Source: an uncultured Candidatus Saccharibacteria bacterium (lineage in GTDB: Bacteria > Patescibacteriota > SICC01). Taken from it: a stretch of DNA of 24,000 nt. The stretch spans positions 336 through 24,335 of the forward strand of contig CAZGHP010000011.1 of NCBI GenBank assembly GCA_964525455.1, given 5' to 3'. Below the pieces are notes generated by a model, which searched no databases, was not told the origin of the DNA, and saw only the letters and a list, made by a program, of their open reading frames with translations. Position 1 is the stretch's first letter. The number at the start of each line of letters is the position of its first letter. The position numbers and the translations under genes are program-made. Below are positions 1-9,278 of the stretch, in pieces.

Positions 1-869
1 TCGCCCGGAAGCACGGTCTCGGCATCTCCGTGCTCGGTCCCGTCGAGATCCGGCGGGCCGGGCTCGGCGCCTTGCTCGCCGTCGCCAAAGGGTCGGACGA
101 GCCGCCGCAACTGATCAAGCTGACCTATAGGCCGCGCGGTGCGAAGAAACATGTAGTCCTGGTCGGCAAAAGCATCACCTATGACTCGGGCGGTATCAAT
201 CTCAAGCCGTCGCGGGGGGGTGCGCTGGAGGACATGAAGCTCGATATGTCGGGCGGAGCCGCGGTGCTCGGCGCGATGAGTGCGCTGGGAAAGCTCGGCG
301 TGAAACATCGGGTCACCGGCTACCTTCCCGCCACCGAGAATCTGCTCGGCGGTTCGGCTTATAAGCCCGGCGACGTGGTCACGACGTACAACGGTAAGAC
401 CATCGAGGTCGGCAACACCGACGCCGAAGGACGGCTGACCCTGGCGGACGCGCTCGCGTACGCGACCGCCAAGGACAAGCCGGACGAGATCATCGATCTC
501 GCGACCCTGACTGCCACCGAAGTCAGTCTCGGCCCCTCGTACGCGGCGATTTTCTCGAACAGCCCGCGCCTGGAGAAACGATTCACGGAAGCGGGCGAAC
601 GGGCCGGTGAGAAGGTCTGGCCACTTCCATTCCCCGAGGAATACGACGAGATGACGAAGAGCGCGGTCGCGGACTTCAGGAACGACGTGACGTCCAGCCG
701 GGCCTACACCCTTTCCGGTCCACTACTGCTCAAGCATTTCGTCGGGAAGACACCGTGGGTCCATCTCGATATCGGTAGCGCCGCTATGGCAACCAAAGAC
801 AGTGGCTACACCAAGAAGGGCGGCTCCGGCTGGGGCACGCGCCTCCTGCTCCACTACCTTTCGGACTAG
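1..869 (+). CDS. pepA: Leucyl aminopeptidase (M17 family), C-terminal part; 5' end outside the window
   Basis: Frame 3 is open from position 3. M17 signature NTDAEGRLTLADALAYA, plus GKSITYDSGGINLKP and DMSGGAAVLGAM metal/catalytic motifs. Confidence 0.96.
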   Translation, partial: ARKHGLGISVLGPVEIRRAGLGALLAVAKGSDEPPQLIKLTYRPRGAKKHVVLVGKSITYDSGGINLKPSRGGALEDMKLDMSGGAAVLGAMSALGKLGVKHRVTGYLPATENLLGGSAYKPGDVVTTYNGKTIEVGNTDAEGRLTLADALAYATAKDKPDEIIDLATLTATEVSLGPSYAAIFSNSPRLEKRFTEAGERAGEKVWPLPFPEEYDEMTKSAVADFRNDVTSSRAYTLSGPLLLKHFVGKTPWVHLDIGSAAMATKDSGYTKKGGSGWGTRLLLHYLSD

Positions 870-885
870 GGTATACTCAGCCGTC

Positions 886-1275
886 ATGCCGAAGAAAGCC
901 CCCGAAGAAGTGGCGGAGCGATCGCCCGAGGCACCCGCCTCGGGAGCCGAGTATGAGTTCCGGATCGATCTGGCGATCGGACTGGGCGGCTCGCATGATC
1001 GGTACTTCATCCGGCCGGGTTCCCCGCAACACGACGTGGAGACGGCATTCGCCCATGGCATCGAGTGGGCGCTCGAACGGACCGGGAAACGGCTGGAACG
1101 GGAGAATCCGGCGCGGTCCGGGGAAGTGGACGGGTGGGTGAAATCCGCCTTGGAGCCCGAGGACCGGCGCCGGTGGTTGGTATCGCTGTTCCGCGAAGGG
1201 CGGTTCACCAACTACCCTCGTAAACGGGTATTCTACGTAGGCGATGACAAAGTCCTCCTTTCGGAACCAGGTTAA
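886..1275 (+). CDS. Hypothetical protein (MPKKAPEEVAERSPEA...)
   Basis: ORF with an ATG at 886 preceded by a TATACT -10-like hexamer (872-877). The downstream gene overlaps its 3' end. Confidence 0.65.
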   Translation: MPKKAPEEVAERSPEAPASGAEYEFRIDLAIGLGGSHDRYFIRPGSPQHDVETAFAHGIEWALERTGKRLERENPARSGEVDGWVKSALEPEDRRRWLVSLFREGRFTNYPRKRVFYVGDDKVLLSEPG

Positions 1276-1564
1276 CGGGCTGGTAAGCGGAATCCCGCGC
1301 GGCCGGGTAATGACCTACGGCCAGATCGCGACGCTGCTCGGCCACCCGCGCCGGGCGCGCGCGGTCGGGTTCGTCGCCCACTACGGCGACCCGTCGATTC
1401 CCTGGCAGCGGGTCGTGAACCGCCACGGCCGGGTCGCGTCGGGATACCCCGGCGGGATGCCGGTCCACCGGGCGGAGCTTGCGGCCGAAGGCATCAAGCT
1501 CGGCGATGACTTCACCTGTAACCTCGACCGTTACCAGTGGTGGCCGCCGGAGTCTCAGGGATAA
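1244..1564 (+). CDS. Alkyltransferase-like (ATL) / MGMT DNA-binding-domain protein lacking the acceptor cysteine
   Basis: PRGRVMTYGQIATLLGHPRRARAVGFVAHYGDPSIPWQRVVNRHGRVASGY matches the MGMT winged-helix domain. PWQR replaces PCHR. Confidence 0.88.
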   Translation: MTKSSFRNQVNGLVSGIPRGRVMTYGQIATLLGHPRRARAVGFVAHYGDPSIPWQRVVNRHGRVASGYPGGMPVHRAELAAEGIKLGDDFTCNLDRYQWWPPESQG

Positions 1565-1788
1565 AGCGGCCGGCCCGACCGGTCGAAGACCTTGATCGCC
1601 CGGACCGGGCACTGCCGGGCGGCCTCGATGATCTTCTCCGTGTCCGCGAGCGAGGCGCCGCGCTTCACCCGCGACTTCCCGTCTTCGCCGAGCTCGAACA
1701 CGTCCGGAGCGATCGCTACGCAACTTGCCGAACCGATGCATAATCCCTTGTCGACCTCGATCCGGCCGACCGTGCGTGGATCCGTCAT
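1555..1788 (-). CDS. Small single-cluster ferredoxin
   Basis: 77 aa from ATG at 1788: VDKGLCIGSASCVAIAPDVFELGEDG...AARQCPVRAIKVFD, a three-cysteine ferredoxin pattern. The longer ORF in the track is an upstream frame extension. Confidence 0.85.
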   Translation of the reverse strand: MTDPRTVGRIEVDKGLCIGSASCVAIAPDVFELGEDGKSRVKRGASLADTEKIIEAARQCPVRAIKVFDRSGRPLYP

Positions 1789-2003
1789 GTCGTCGTCCCT
1801 TCGCCGATCATCCCGTTCACCCGTCCGATCATCTCCGTGACCTCCTCGTCCGTCATGCCGTGGATCCGGGCACCGGTCCCGAGCGTATCGTAGGTGTTCG
1901 CGAAGCACCCGACGCAATGCAGGCCGTACTCCAGCAATACCTCCGCCGTCCGCGGATAGCTTTTGACCAGTTCGCCGAGATTGGTATCCGCAGTAACCTG
2001 CAT
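1785..2003 (-). CDS. DUF1858-type (hybrid-cluster-associated redox disulfide) protein
   Basis: 72 aa: MQVTADTNLGELVKSYPRTAEVLLEYGLHCVGCFANTYDTLGTGARIHGMTDEEV. CxxC motif; ATGA overlap with the ferredoxin gene. Confidence 0.82.
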   Translation of the reverse strand: MQVTADTNLGELVKSYPRTAEVLLEYGLHCVGCFANTYDTLGTGARIHGMTDEEVTEMIGRVNGMIGEGTTT

Positions 2004-2059
2004 GAGTCGGTCCCCCTTCGTACGTGCTCCCACTATAGCAACCAGGAAAACCCTGCCAA

Positions 2060-2443
2060 CTAGACGGGATTCCGCTTCCGCTGCGAGCTTCTTGCCGCAT
2101 CCCGCAGCGCGACGAGTGCCAACAGGCCGCACGGCAGGCGGGCCGGGGAGAGCGGTACACCGATCGCTTTGAGCAACGCCTCGTCCGGCAGGCGGGCTGC
2201 CTCGGCAACGGTCTTGCCGACCACCAGCTCCGTGAGCAGGGAAGCTCCCGCCTGGCTGATCGCGCACCCTTCTCCGGTGAAACGCACCTCGCCGATCCGG
2301 CCGTTCCGGACCTTGTAGCCGAACGAAAGACGGTCGCCGCAGACCGGGTTCGCGGCTTCGCCGACGACGTCCGCCCCGTGCAACGCTCCCTTGTTCCGTG
2401 GGTGCTTGTAGTGGTCGAGGATGTGATCGCGGTAGAGATCCAT
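2060..2443 (-). CDS. sufU: SufU/IscU-like Fe-S cluster assembly scaffold
   Basis: MDLYRDHILDHYKHPRNKGAL...NPVCGDRL...GEGCAISQAGASLLTE...LPCG. Three conserved cysteines; directly follows sufS. Confidence 0.92.
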   Translation of the reverse strand: MDLYRDHILDHYKHPRNKGALHGADVVGEAANPVCGDRLSFGYKVRNGRIGEVRFTGEGCAISQAGASLLTELVVGKTVAEAARLPDEALLKAIGVPLSPARLPCGLLALVALRDAARSSQRKRNPV

Positions 2444-2444
2444 G

Positions 2445-3665
2445 TCAGGTGAGGGTTTTGACGGCACCCCGGAGGCCTTCCACCAGCCGATCGATGTCCG
2501 CCGGAGCCGTGTACACGCCCCAACTGGCGCGGGTCGAGGCGGGGATGCCGAGCCGCCGGTGAAGCGGTTGGGCACAATGGTGTCCGGAACGGATCGCGAT
2601 TCCCTCACGGTCCAGCAGGGTCGCGAGGTCATGGGGGTGTGTCCCTTCGACGGCAAACGAGACGAGCCCCACCCGCGCGGACGGATCGGCCGGCCCGAAG
2701 ACGCGGAGGCCGGGAACGTCGTCGAGCTTTCCCAGGGCATATGCGCTCAGTTCGCGATCATGTGCGGCGATCCGCTCCCTGCCGAGCTTCTCCACATAGC
2801 CGGCCGCCGCCGCCAACCCGATCGCCTCCGCGACCGGCGGCGTGCCGGGTTCATACTTCGCGGGCGGGTCGGCGAACGAGACGGTGCCGAGCCCCACCTC
2901 GGTGATCATCTCGCCGCCGCTGAAGACCACGTCCATCTCCGTATAGACCTGGTGACGCGTCCAGAGCACGCCGATGCCGGTAGGACCATAGAGCTTGTGA
3001 CCGGATACCGCATACCAATCGGCCCCGAGCGCCCGCACGTCGACCGGCAGGTGCGGCGCCGCCTGCGCCCCGTCCACCAAAATCTTCGCGCCGGCTTCGT
3101 GCGCGATTCCCGCAAGCTCCGCGACCGGGTTGATCGTCCCGAGCACGTTCGAGGCGTGGGCCACGGAGACCAGTTTGACGCCGGCCGCTTTCTTCCGGAA
3201 ATCGGCGAGGTCGAGCCGGCCGTCTCCGGTGACTCCCCCGAAGCGGAGTTCGAGTCCCTGCGCTTCGGCCAGCCGGTACCACGGCACCAGGTTGGCATGG
3301 TGCTCCATCTCGGTAAGCAGGATCGCATCGCCCTTCTTGAGATTTCGAGACCCCCAACCGGCCGCGACCAGGTTGATACTCTCTGTCGCGTTCTTGGTGA
3401 AGACGACTTCCGACGCATCGTCGGTACCGAGGAATGTCGCGACCGTCTTTCGGGCTTGCTCGTATTCCCCGGTCGCCGCTTCCGCGAGCGCGTAGATACC
3501 GCGGCGCACTGACGCGTAGCGCTCACGATAGAATCCGTCCATCGCATCGAGCACCACCCGCGGCTTCTGCGCCGTAGCGGCGGAGTCGAGGTAAATCAGC
3601 GGCGTACCATCATGCCGCCGGGAAAGGACCGGAAAGTCCGCTTTCGAAACCAAGGCTTTGCCCAT
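2445..3665 (-). CDS. sufS: SufS-type cysteine desulfurase
   Basis: PVLSRRHDGTPLIYLDSAATAQKPRVV, WYAVSGHKLYGPTGIGVLW (PLP lysine region), IRSGHHCAQPLHRRLG. Confidence 0.96.
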   Translation of the reverse strand: MGKALVSKADFPVLSRRHDGTPLIYLDSAATAQKPRVVLDAMDGFYRERYASVRRGIYALAEAATGEYEQARKTVATFLGTDDASEVVFTKNATESINLVAAGWGSRNLKKGDAILLTEMEHHANLVPWYRLAEAQGLELRFGGVTGDGRLDLADFRKKAAGVKLVSVAHASNVLGTINPVAELAGIAHEAGAKILVDGAQAAPHLPVDVRALGADWYAVSGHKLYGPTGIGVLWTRHQVYTEMDVVFSGGEMITEVGLGTVSFADPPAKYEPGTPPVAEAIGLAAAAGYVEKLGRERIAAHDRELSAYALGKLDDVPGLRVFGPADPSARVGLVSFAVEGTHPHDLATLLDREGIAIRSGHHCAQPLHRRLGIPASTRASWGVYTAPADIDRLVEGLRGAVKTLT

Positions 3666-3713
3666 ATGGTCATTGTGCGCCGCCGCGGTCGGCGCCTCAA
3701 TCGACGGCGGTAT

Positions 3714-4925
3714 TCACGCCCGTGACAAACGCGCATCGATTGCCGCCTGGTACAGGGCGCGGGTACGCGGATCGACATCCGCCAACAGCGACTGCAGGAA
3801 TCCGCTCACGATCAGCCGCTCCGCGACCGTGCGGGAAAGTCCGCGGCTCATCAGGTAGAAGAGCTGCTCTTCGTCGAGCTGACCGACCGTCGCGCCGTGG
3901 CCGGCGATGACGTCGTCGGCGTCGATCTCGAGGCCCGGGATGGCATCCACGTGGGCACGTTCGGAGAGCAGCATGGCGTGGCCGTTCTGATCGGCCGCCG
4001 AGCCGTGCGCGCCCTTGGCGATCCGGATCATTCCGCGGTAGACGGCGCGCGCGGTATCGCGACAGACGCCGCGGGCGTAGGTGTCGGAGGTCGTCCTGCC
4101 GGCGGCGTGGTTGGCGACCAGCTCCTGCTCGAAGTGCTGCGCGGCGGAACCGAAGTAAATTCCGTGGACGTCGGTCTCCGCACCGGCGGCGACGAGCGCC
4201 GACTCCACGCTGACCTGGGAGAACGACCCTCCGAACGAACCCGCCAGCCAGTCCAGCCGGGCGTTCCGGCCGACCCGGCCGCGGTAGACGGCCAGGTCGG
4301 TGGCGGTGGCATCCCAATCCGCCAGGCTGCGATAGCTGAGCTTGGCGCCGTCCTCCACATATGCCTCGATGCCGCGGACAAGCACCGCCTCCCCGCCGCC
4401 GGTACCGTGTTCAAAGAGCTCCAGTTCGGCTCCTTCCTTCACGACGATTACGGTCCGGGAAGCACTGAGGCTTCCGGATTCGGCCGGAAACGAGAGATCA
4501 ACGACCGCCTTGGTGCCGGACGGAACCACTACTACGGCCCCGTCCTTCCAGAGCGCACCGGACAGCGCGGAGAAGTAGTGTGCCGCCACGGGCAACGCGG
4601 GGCCGAGGAGGTGCCCGGCGACGTGCTCGGGCCAATCATTCACGGCCTTCCGGAGCGAGACGCCCATCGGCTTGAACTCACCCTCGTACGAGCGGACGGC
4701 GACGTGCGGGGCCAACGTACCGATCGCTTTCCCTGCGAACCGCTCCGCGATGCCGTGACGTGCCCAGTTGGTGTACTTCTTGTCCGACGGCGGTGCGAGC
4801 CGCTCCAGTGCCCGGTACGCCGCGGTCCGCTTCTTCGCGAACGCTACCGGTTCGCGCGGCGTGAACCGCGGAATCGGAATAGTCGCAGATGCCACCCCGG
4901 AGACAGTTTGTCCAAGTGCTGTCAT
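3714..4925 (-). CDS. sufD: SufD Fe-S cluster assembly protein
   Basis: C-terminal SufBD core: SAADQNGHAMLLSERAHVDAIPGLEIDADDVIAGHGATVGQLDEEQLFYLMSRGLSRTVAERLIVSGFLQ. Confidence 0.94.
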   Translation of the reverse strand: MTALGQTVSGVASATIPIPRFTPREPVAFAKKRTAAYRALERLAPPSDKKYTNWARHGIAERFAGKAIGTLAPHVAVRSYEGEFKPMGVSLRKAVNDWPEHVAGHLLGPALPVAAHYFSALSGALWKDGAVVVVPSGTKAVVDLSFPAESGSLSASRTVIVVKEGAELELFEHGTGGGEAVLVRGIEAYVEDGAKLSYRSLADWDATATDLAVYRGRVGRNARLDWLAGSFGGSFSQVSVESALVAAGAETDVHGIYFGSAAQHFEQELVANHAAGRTTSDTYARGVCRDTARAVYRGMIRIAKGAHGSAADQNGHAMLLSERAHVDAIPGLEIDADDVIAGHGATVGQLDEEQLFYLMSRGLSRTVAERLIVSGFLQSLLADVDPRTRALYQAAIDARLSRA

Positions 4926-5344
4926 GAGTCGGTTACTAAGCGCGGTACATCACGGAAATTATCCTGACGCCATCGCCAGATCTCATCTCTCAGAAATCGG
5001 GGTCTAATCTCCGGCATCTGGTTCCGGCTGAAGAATCGCGCTTCGACGATCGGGCCACCAATATCCGACCAATGTTCTGGCAACTTCGCGCTCGTGCGAG
5101 CTAGAAACCAGAGCGAGATGCTCCTGTCGCCCTCTTCCCTGAGGTACTCATGGGCAAAAAGAAAACGAGGATTTCTGATCTTTAGCCCGGTCTCCTCATG
5201 AATCTCGCGGAGAAGCCCTTCGACAGCCGTTTCCCTTCCGGATAAACCGCCGCCAGGCGTATACCAATACCGTTCACTGTCCCTGACCAACAATAGCTCG
5301 TCGCTCTTGTTGAAGATCAGAGCCCTCGCGGCGTAGCGACTCAC
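4922..5344 (-). CDS. NUDIX hydrolase
   Basis: Nudix box GGGLSGRETAVEGLLREIHEETGL. Four-base ATGA overlaps with both sufD and sufB. Confidence 0.93.
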   Translation of the reverse strand: MSRYAARALIFNKSDELLLVRDSERYWYTPGGGLSGRETAVEGLLREIHEETGLKIRNPRFLFAHEYLREEGDRSISLWFLARTSAKLPEHWSDIGGPIVEARFFSRNQMPEIRPRFLRDEIWRWRQDNFRDVPRLVTDS

Positions 5345-6756
5345 CCGACACTCCCCTCCATCTCCATCGCGATCAGCCGGTTGAGTTCGACTGCGTACTC
5401 CAGCGGCAGTTCCTTCACCACCGGCTCAATGAAGCCGTTCACGATCATCCCGACCGCCTCTTCTTCGGACAACCCGCGAGACATCAGGTAAAAGAGCTGT
5501 TCCTCGCCGATCCGGCCGACCGTCGCTTCATGCGAGACCGTCACTTTCGGCTCGTCCACCTCGATGTGGGGCAGTGTGTCGGAGACCGATTCGGCATCGA
5601 GGATCAACGCGTCGCACTGCACGTTGGCGACGGCGTTCCGCGCGCCGGGAATGATCTTGAGCAGTCCCCGGTAGGCCCCGCGTCCGCCGTCTTTCGAAAT
5701 CGACTTGGCGATCACCCGCGAGCTCGTGTCCGGCGCGAGATGGAAGACCTTGGCGCCGGTGTCCTTGTCTACTTTCCCGCAGGCCAACGCCACGTTCAGG
5801 TGTTCGGCCGACGCCCCGCGCCCGAGCAGCATCGAGCACGGATACAGCATCGTTACGCCGGAACCGAGGGAGCCGCCGACCCATTCTTGCCGCGCGTCCT
5901 GCTCGACCAGCGCCCGCTTGGTGTTGAGATTATAGACGTTCTTCGACCAGTTTTGGATCGTGGTGTAACGCGACTTCGCGGCGCGTTTGGCGAAGATCTC
6001 CACCACCGCGGAATGCAGTGACGCGGTCGAGTACAGCGGCGCGGTACAACCCTCGATGTAATGCACCTCGGCGCCTTCTTCGACGATGATCAGCGTGTGC
6101 TCGAACTGCCCCTGCCCGGATGCGTTCATCCGGAAGTACGTCTGCAGCGGCATCTCGACCTTGACGCCTTTCGGGACGTACACGAACGAACCGCCGCTCC
6201 AGACCGCGCCGTGCAGCGCCGCGAACTTGTTGTCCTGGGGCGGCACGCAGCGGGTCATGAAGTAGTCCTTTACCAGGTCGGGATATTCCCGTACCGCGTG
6301 GTCCATGTCACAGAAGATCACTCCCTGTTTTTCCCACGGCCGTTTGAGCGAGCGGTAGACCGTCTCGGAATCATACATTGCCACCACGCCGGAGAGGACG
6401 TCGCGTTCCGCTTCCGGGATCTTCAGCTTGTCGAACGTCCGCTTGATGTCTTCCGGCAGATCCTCCCAGCGCTGTGCGACCCGCTCCGTCGGGCGGAGAT
6501 AGTAGGTGAGCGCCTGGAAGTCGATGCCGGAAAGATCCGGTCCCCAAGTCGGGAGCGGCTTGGACTCGAAGATCTCGAACGAGCGCAATCGGTGCTCGCG
6601 CATCCAGGCCGGCTCGTTTTTCTGGTGCGAGATGTCCTCGACCGTCCGGCGGGTGAGGCCCTGGCGCGAACGGTACGTGTGCCGTTCCCGATCCTTGTGC
6701 CGGAACCGCTCAAGCCCGCTCTGTGCCGATGCGACGCTAGCCGTCTGGTCAGCCAT
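5341..6756 (-). CDS. sufB: SufB Fe-S cluster assembly protein
   Basis: AVWSGGSFVYVPKGVKVEMPLQTYFR, IVEEGAEVHYIEGCTAP, DEPKVTVSHEATVGRIGEEQLFYLMSRGLSEEEA. Confidence 0.97.
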   Translation of the reverse strand: MADQTASVASAQSGLERFRHKDRERHTYRSRQGLTRRTVEDISHQKNEPAWMREHRLRSFEIFESKPLPTWGPDLSGIDFQALTYYLRPTERVAQRWEDLPEDIKRTFDKLKIPEAERDVLSGVVAMYDSETVYRSLKRPWEKQGVIFCDMDHAVREYPDLVKDYFMTRCVPPQDNKFAALHGAVWSGGSFVYVPKGVKVEMPLQTYFRMNASGQGQFEHTLIIVEEGAEVHYIEGCTAPLYSTASLHSAVVEIFAKRAAKSRYTTIQNWSKNVYNLNTKRALVEQDARQEWVGGSLGSGVTMLYPCSMLLGRGASAEHLNVALACGKVDKDTGAKVFHLAPDTSSRVIAKSISKDGGRGAYRGLLKIIPGARNAVANVQCDALILDAESVSDTLPHIEVDEPKVTVSHEATVGRIGEEQLFYLMSRGLSEEEAVGMIVNGFIEPVVKELPLEYAVELNRLIAMEMEGSVG

Positions 6757-7540
6757 GGGGATCGTCTTCCACGGCGGCCGGAACCTGCCGCCGGCTCAGC
6801 CAATCGTAGCCTTTGGATTCGAGCTTCCGCACCAGTTCCGGCGGGCCGGATTCCGCGATCCGGCCGTGCATCATCACGTGAACCGCATCCGGCCGGACAT
6901 AGTTGAGGATCCGCTGGTAATGGGTGATCAGCAGCACGCCCATCTCCGGGTTCGCCTGTCGCACGGCATTCACGCCGCCGGACACGATCCGAAGCGCGTC
7001 GATGTCGAGTCCGGAGTCCGTCTCGTCGAGCACGGCTACCCGCGGTTCGAGCAGCGCCAGCTGGAGAATCTCGGCCCGTTTCTTCTCTCCGCCGGAGAAT
7101 CCCTCGTTCAAGTACCGGTCCGTGAACTTCCCGCTCATCTTGAGCAATGCCAGCTTCGTTTCAAGGACTTTGCGGAACCGCGCCACGGTGAGTTCGTCTT
7201 CGCCGCGGGCGGTACGGACGGCATTGACCGCACCCCGCAGGAACGAACCGAGCGTGACGCCAGCCACGGACTGCGGATACTGGAACGCCAGGAACAGGCC
7301 GGCATGTGCCCGCGCGTCAGGCGAGAGTTCCAACAGGGCCGTGCCGCCCAAACGCACCGAACCTCCCGTGACCGTATAGCCAGGATGGCCCATCAATACG
7401 CTGGCCAATGTGGACTTGCCGGATCCGTTCGGACCCATCAGCGCATGCACCTTGCCCGGATCGACCGTCAGGTCCACGCCACGCAGGATCGCCTTGCCGC
7501 CGACGCCGGCCTCGAGCCGCTTGATGTCCAGAAGGGCCAT
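6749..7540 (-). CDS. sufC: SufC Fe-S assembly ATPase
   Basis: Walker A GPNGSGKST, FSGGEKKRAEILQLALLEPRVAVLDETDSGLDIDAL. Start ATG at 7540 (MALLDIKRLEAG) is preferred over the extended track ORF. Confidence 0.95.
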   Translation of the reverse strand: MALLDIKRLEAGVGGKAILRGVDLTVDPGKVHALMGPNGSGKSTLASVLMGHPGYTVTGGSVRLGGTALLELSPDARAHAGLFLAFQYPQSVAGVTLGSFLRGAVNAVRTARGEDELTVARFRKVLETKLALLKMSGKFTDRYLNEGFSGGEKKRAEILQLALLEPRVAVLDETDSGLDIDALRIVSGGVNAVRQANPEMGVLLITHYQRILNYVRPDAVHVMMHGRIAESGPPELVRKLESKGYDWLSRRQVPAAVEDDPHG

Positions 7541-7633
7541 TGCCCTCATCCTAGCAGCGTGACAGCGCGTCAGGATACCGCCCGAAGCAGGCGTGCGCAA
7601 ACGAGACGGGCCAGGCACGTGCGGCGCGAGAGG

Positions 7634-8494
7634 TCAGAACTTCGTCTTGCTGCTTACTTTGCCGTTCGTGAACGTAATGCTGACGAAGTCGCTTCCCGCG
7701 TAGTAGTTCCAGACCGCCGTCCGCGTACCGCCGATATCGCTCTCCGTCTTGTTATCCGGATCGCTGCCGGCCACGTCACTGACCTCGTCCATGGTCATCC
7801 CGTCCTTCACGCCATCGTAAATCCGCTGGATGTCCGTCACGCTCTGCTCATCGTTGCCGCCGGGCAGCGTATCCAGGTCGTAATCATCGTTCGTAGTGTT
7901 CCGGTCGGAAGTAACGTTCAGCACCAGCAGCAGCACGCCGACGATAATCACCGCGATCTCGCCTTTGCCGAACGGCGCCTCGGTGCCACCGACCTTGTCC
8001 CAGTATTCATTGAGTTTCTTGACCGCGAGTCCCAAGAAGACGTACTGCGAAACACCCGCCGCCAAGGCGAGCAGCAGGAAAAGCAGCAACCCGCCGATGG
8101 CGCCGCCGCCGAGGAGTCCGCTTGAGGTGGCGTCATTGTCCAGCGCCGCACCGATACCGCCCAACAGCGACACGAAGGCTCCGAACCCGACGACCATCGC
8201 CGCAGCGATCAGGATATAAGGAATCGCCACGTACCAGCCGGCTGGGAATGTCTCCAGTTGCTTGCCGCTCCGCGCCTGGTTGATGTCGCGGTACAGCCAG
8301 TAGAGGATGAACGCGTTGAGGATCGGCACGATCAGTCCGACCGTCTGCAGGCCGACGTTGTCATCCGTCTTCAGTTCGGACTTGAGCCGGCCCTTCGTGA
8401 CGTAGAACCAATAGAACAAATAAAGCCCGGACGTGACAATCGTAAGTCCGAGCACTCGAAGTACGCTGCGCTTTACTGCCTTGGTATCCACCAT
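7634..8494 (-). CDS. DUF4234-like membrane protein with a C-terminal SmpA/OmlA (BamE)-like domain
   Basis: LGLTIVTSGLYLFYWFYVTKGRLKSEL (DUF4234 pattern), several TM helices, then YDGVKDGMTMDEVSDVAGSDPDNKTESDIGGTRTAVWNYYAGSDFVSITFTNGKVSSK. Confidence 0.75.
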   Translation of the reverse strand: MVDTKAVKRSVLRVLGLTIVTSGLYLFYWFYVTKGRLKSELKTDDNVGLQTVGLIVPILNAFILYWLYRDINQARSGKQLETFPAGWYVAIPYILIAAAMVVGFGAFVSLLGGIGAALDNDATSSGLLGGGAIGGLLLFLLLALAAGVSQYVFLGLAVKKLNEYWDKVGGTEAPFGKGEIAVIIVGVLLLVLNVTSDRNTTNDDYDLDTLPGGNDEQSVTDIQRIYDGVKDGMTMDEVSDVAGSDPDNKTESDIGGTRTAVWNYYAGSDFVSITFTNGKVSSKTKF

Positions 8495-8552
8495 CGTTAC
8501 CCCCACGGGTTAATTATTTCTGCGCTTACCATACCGCCCGAAGCAAGCGGGT

Positions 8553-9146
8553 TCAACCGCGGATTCCCTGGAAGCGGTCCTCGACCACCTGCCAGTCCAT
8601 ATTGGCGAAGAAAGCCTCGATGTACTTGGGGCGGGCCGTCGAGAAGTCCGCGACGTACGAATGCTCATAGACGTCGAGCGCGACCACCGGGAACGCGTTC
8701 CAGACGGGAAACGTATTCTGGGCGTCACCGACCACGTTCATCAGCTTGCCGAAGTCCGTGTCCCACGCCGTCCAGGCCCAGCCGCGGCCTGCCATACCGG
8801 CGGCGGTGAGGTCGGCGGCGTAGTCGTCCCACGAACCGAAGTCCTGCTCGACCTGCTGTCTGAACGTGCCGTCCACCGGCGAACCGTCACCGCCGAGATG
8901 CCCGAAGTAGATCTCGTGGTTCTTGATGCCGCCGATCGCGAAGGTCAGGTCCACGGCCGCGGCCCGATAATCCGAGAAGACCTGGTTCGCTTTCGACTTG
9001 TCGGCCGCGGCCAAACGCGCGGATGCTTCACCATACTTCGCGCAATACGCTTCATAGAGTTTGTAGTGTGCCTGGACGGATTCTTTCGAGAACCCTTTCA
9101 GGCCGTCGAGTTTCGGATCGTAGGGTTTGGCTTGGTAGTCGGCCAT
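8553..9146 (-). CDS. Fe/Mn superoxide dismutase family protein
   Basis: VQAHYKLYEAY, GGIKNHEIYFGHLGG, GWAWTAWD, ALDVYEHSYVADF metal-ligand regions. AAGGAG SD upstream of ATG 9146. Confidence 0.92.
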   Translation of the reverse strand: MADYQAKPYDPKLDGLKGFSKESVQAHYKLYEAYCAKYGEASARLAAADKSKANQVFSDYRAAAVDLTFAIGGIKNHEIYFGHLGGDGSPVDGTFRQQVEQDFGSWDDYAADLTAAGMAGRGWAWTAWDTDFGKLMNVVGDAQNTFPVWNAFPVVALDVYEHSYVADFSTARPKYIEAFFANMDWQVVEDRFQGIRG

Positions 9147-9278
9147 GTGTCTCCTTGGTTATGTATGCCTAGTGTACCCGCTTGTGGACCGGCGTCTTCG
9201 GCGGAATGCCCAAACCGGCGGCAAACGCACGAAAGGCTCCCGGACGGTACGGGGAGCCTTTCGCGAATGACCGGGAGC

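Noticed and set aside
3841-3855. Minus-strand CTGATGAG resembling a hammerhead core
   Set aside because: It encodes LFYLMSRG in sufD, and no GAAA segment or pairing stems follow.
6061-6906. 281-aa + strand ORF opposite sufB
   Set aside because: Antisense shadow of sufB in GC-rich DNA. sufB has unambiguous family motifs.
6506-8125. 539-aa + strand ORF spanning the sufB/sufC/DUF4234 antisense
   Set aside because: Crosses three supported minus-strand genes and has no motif of its own.
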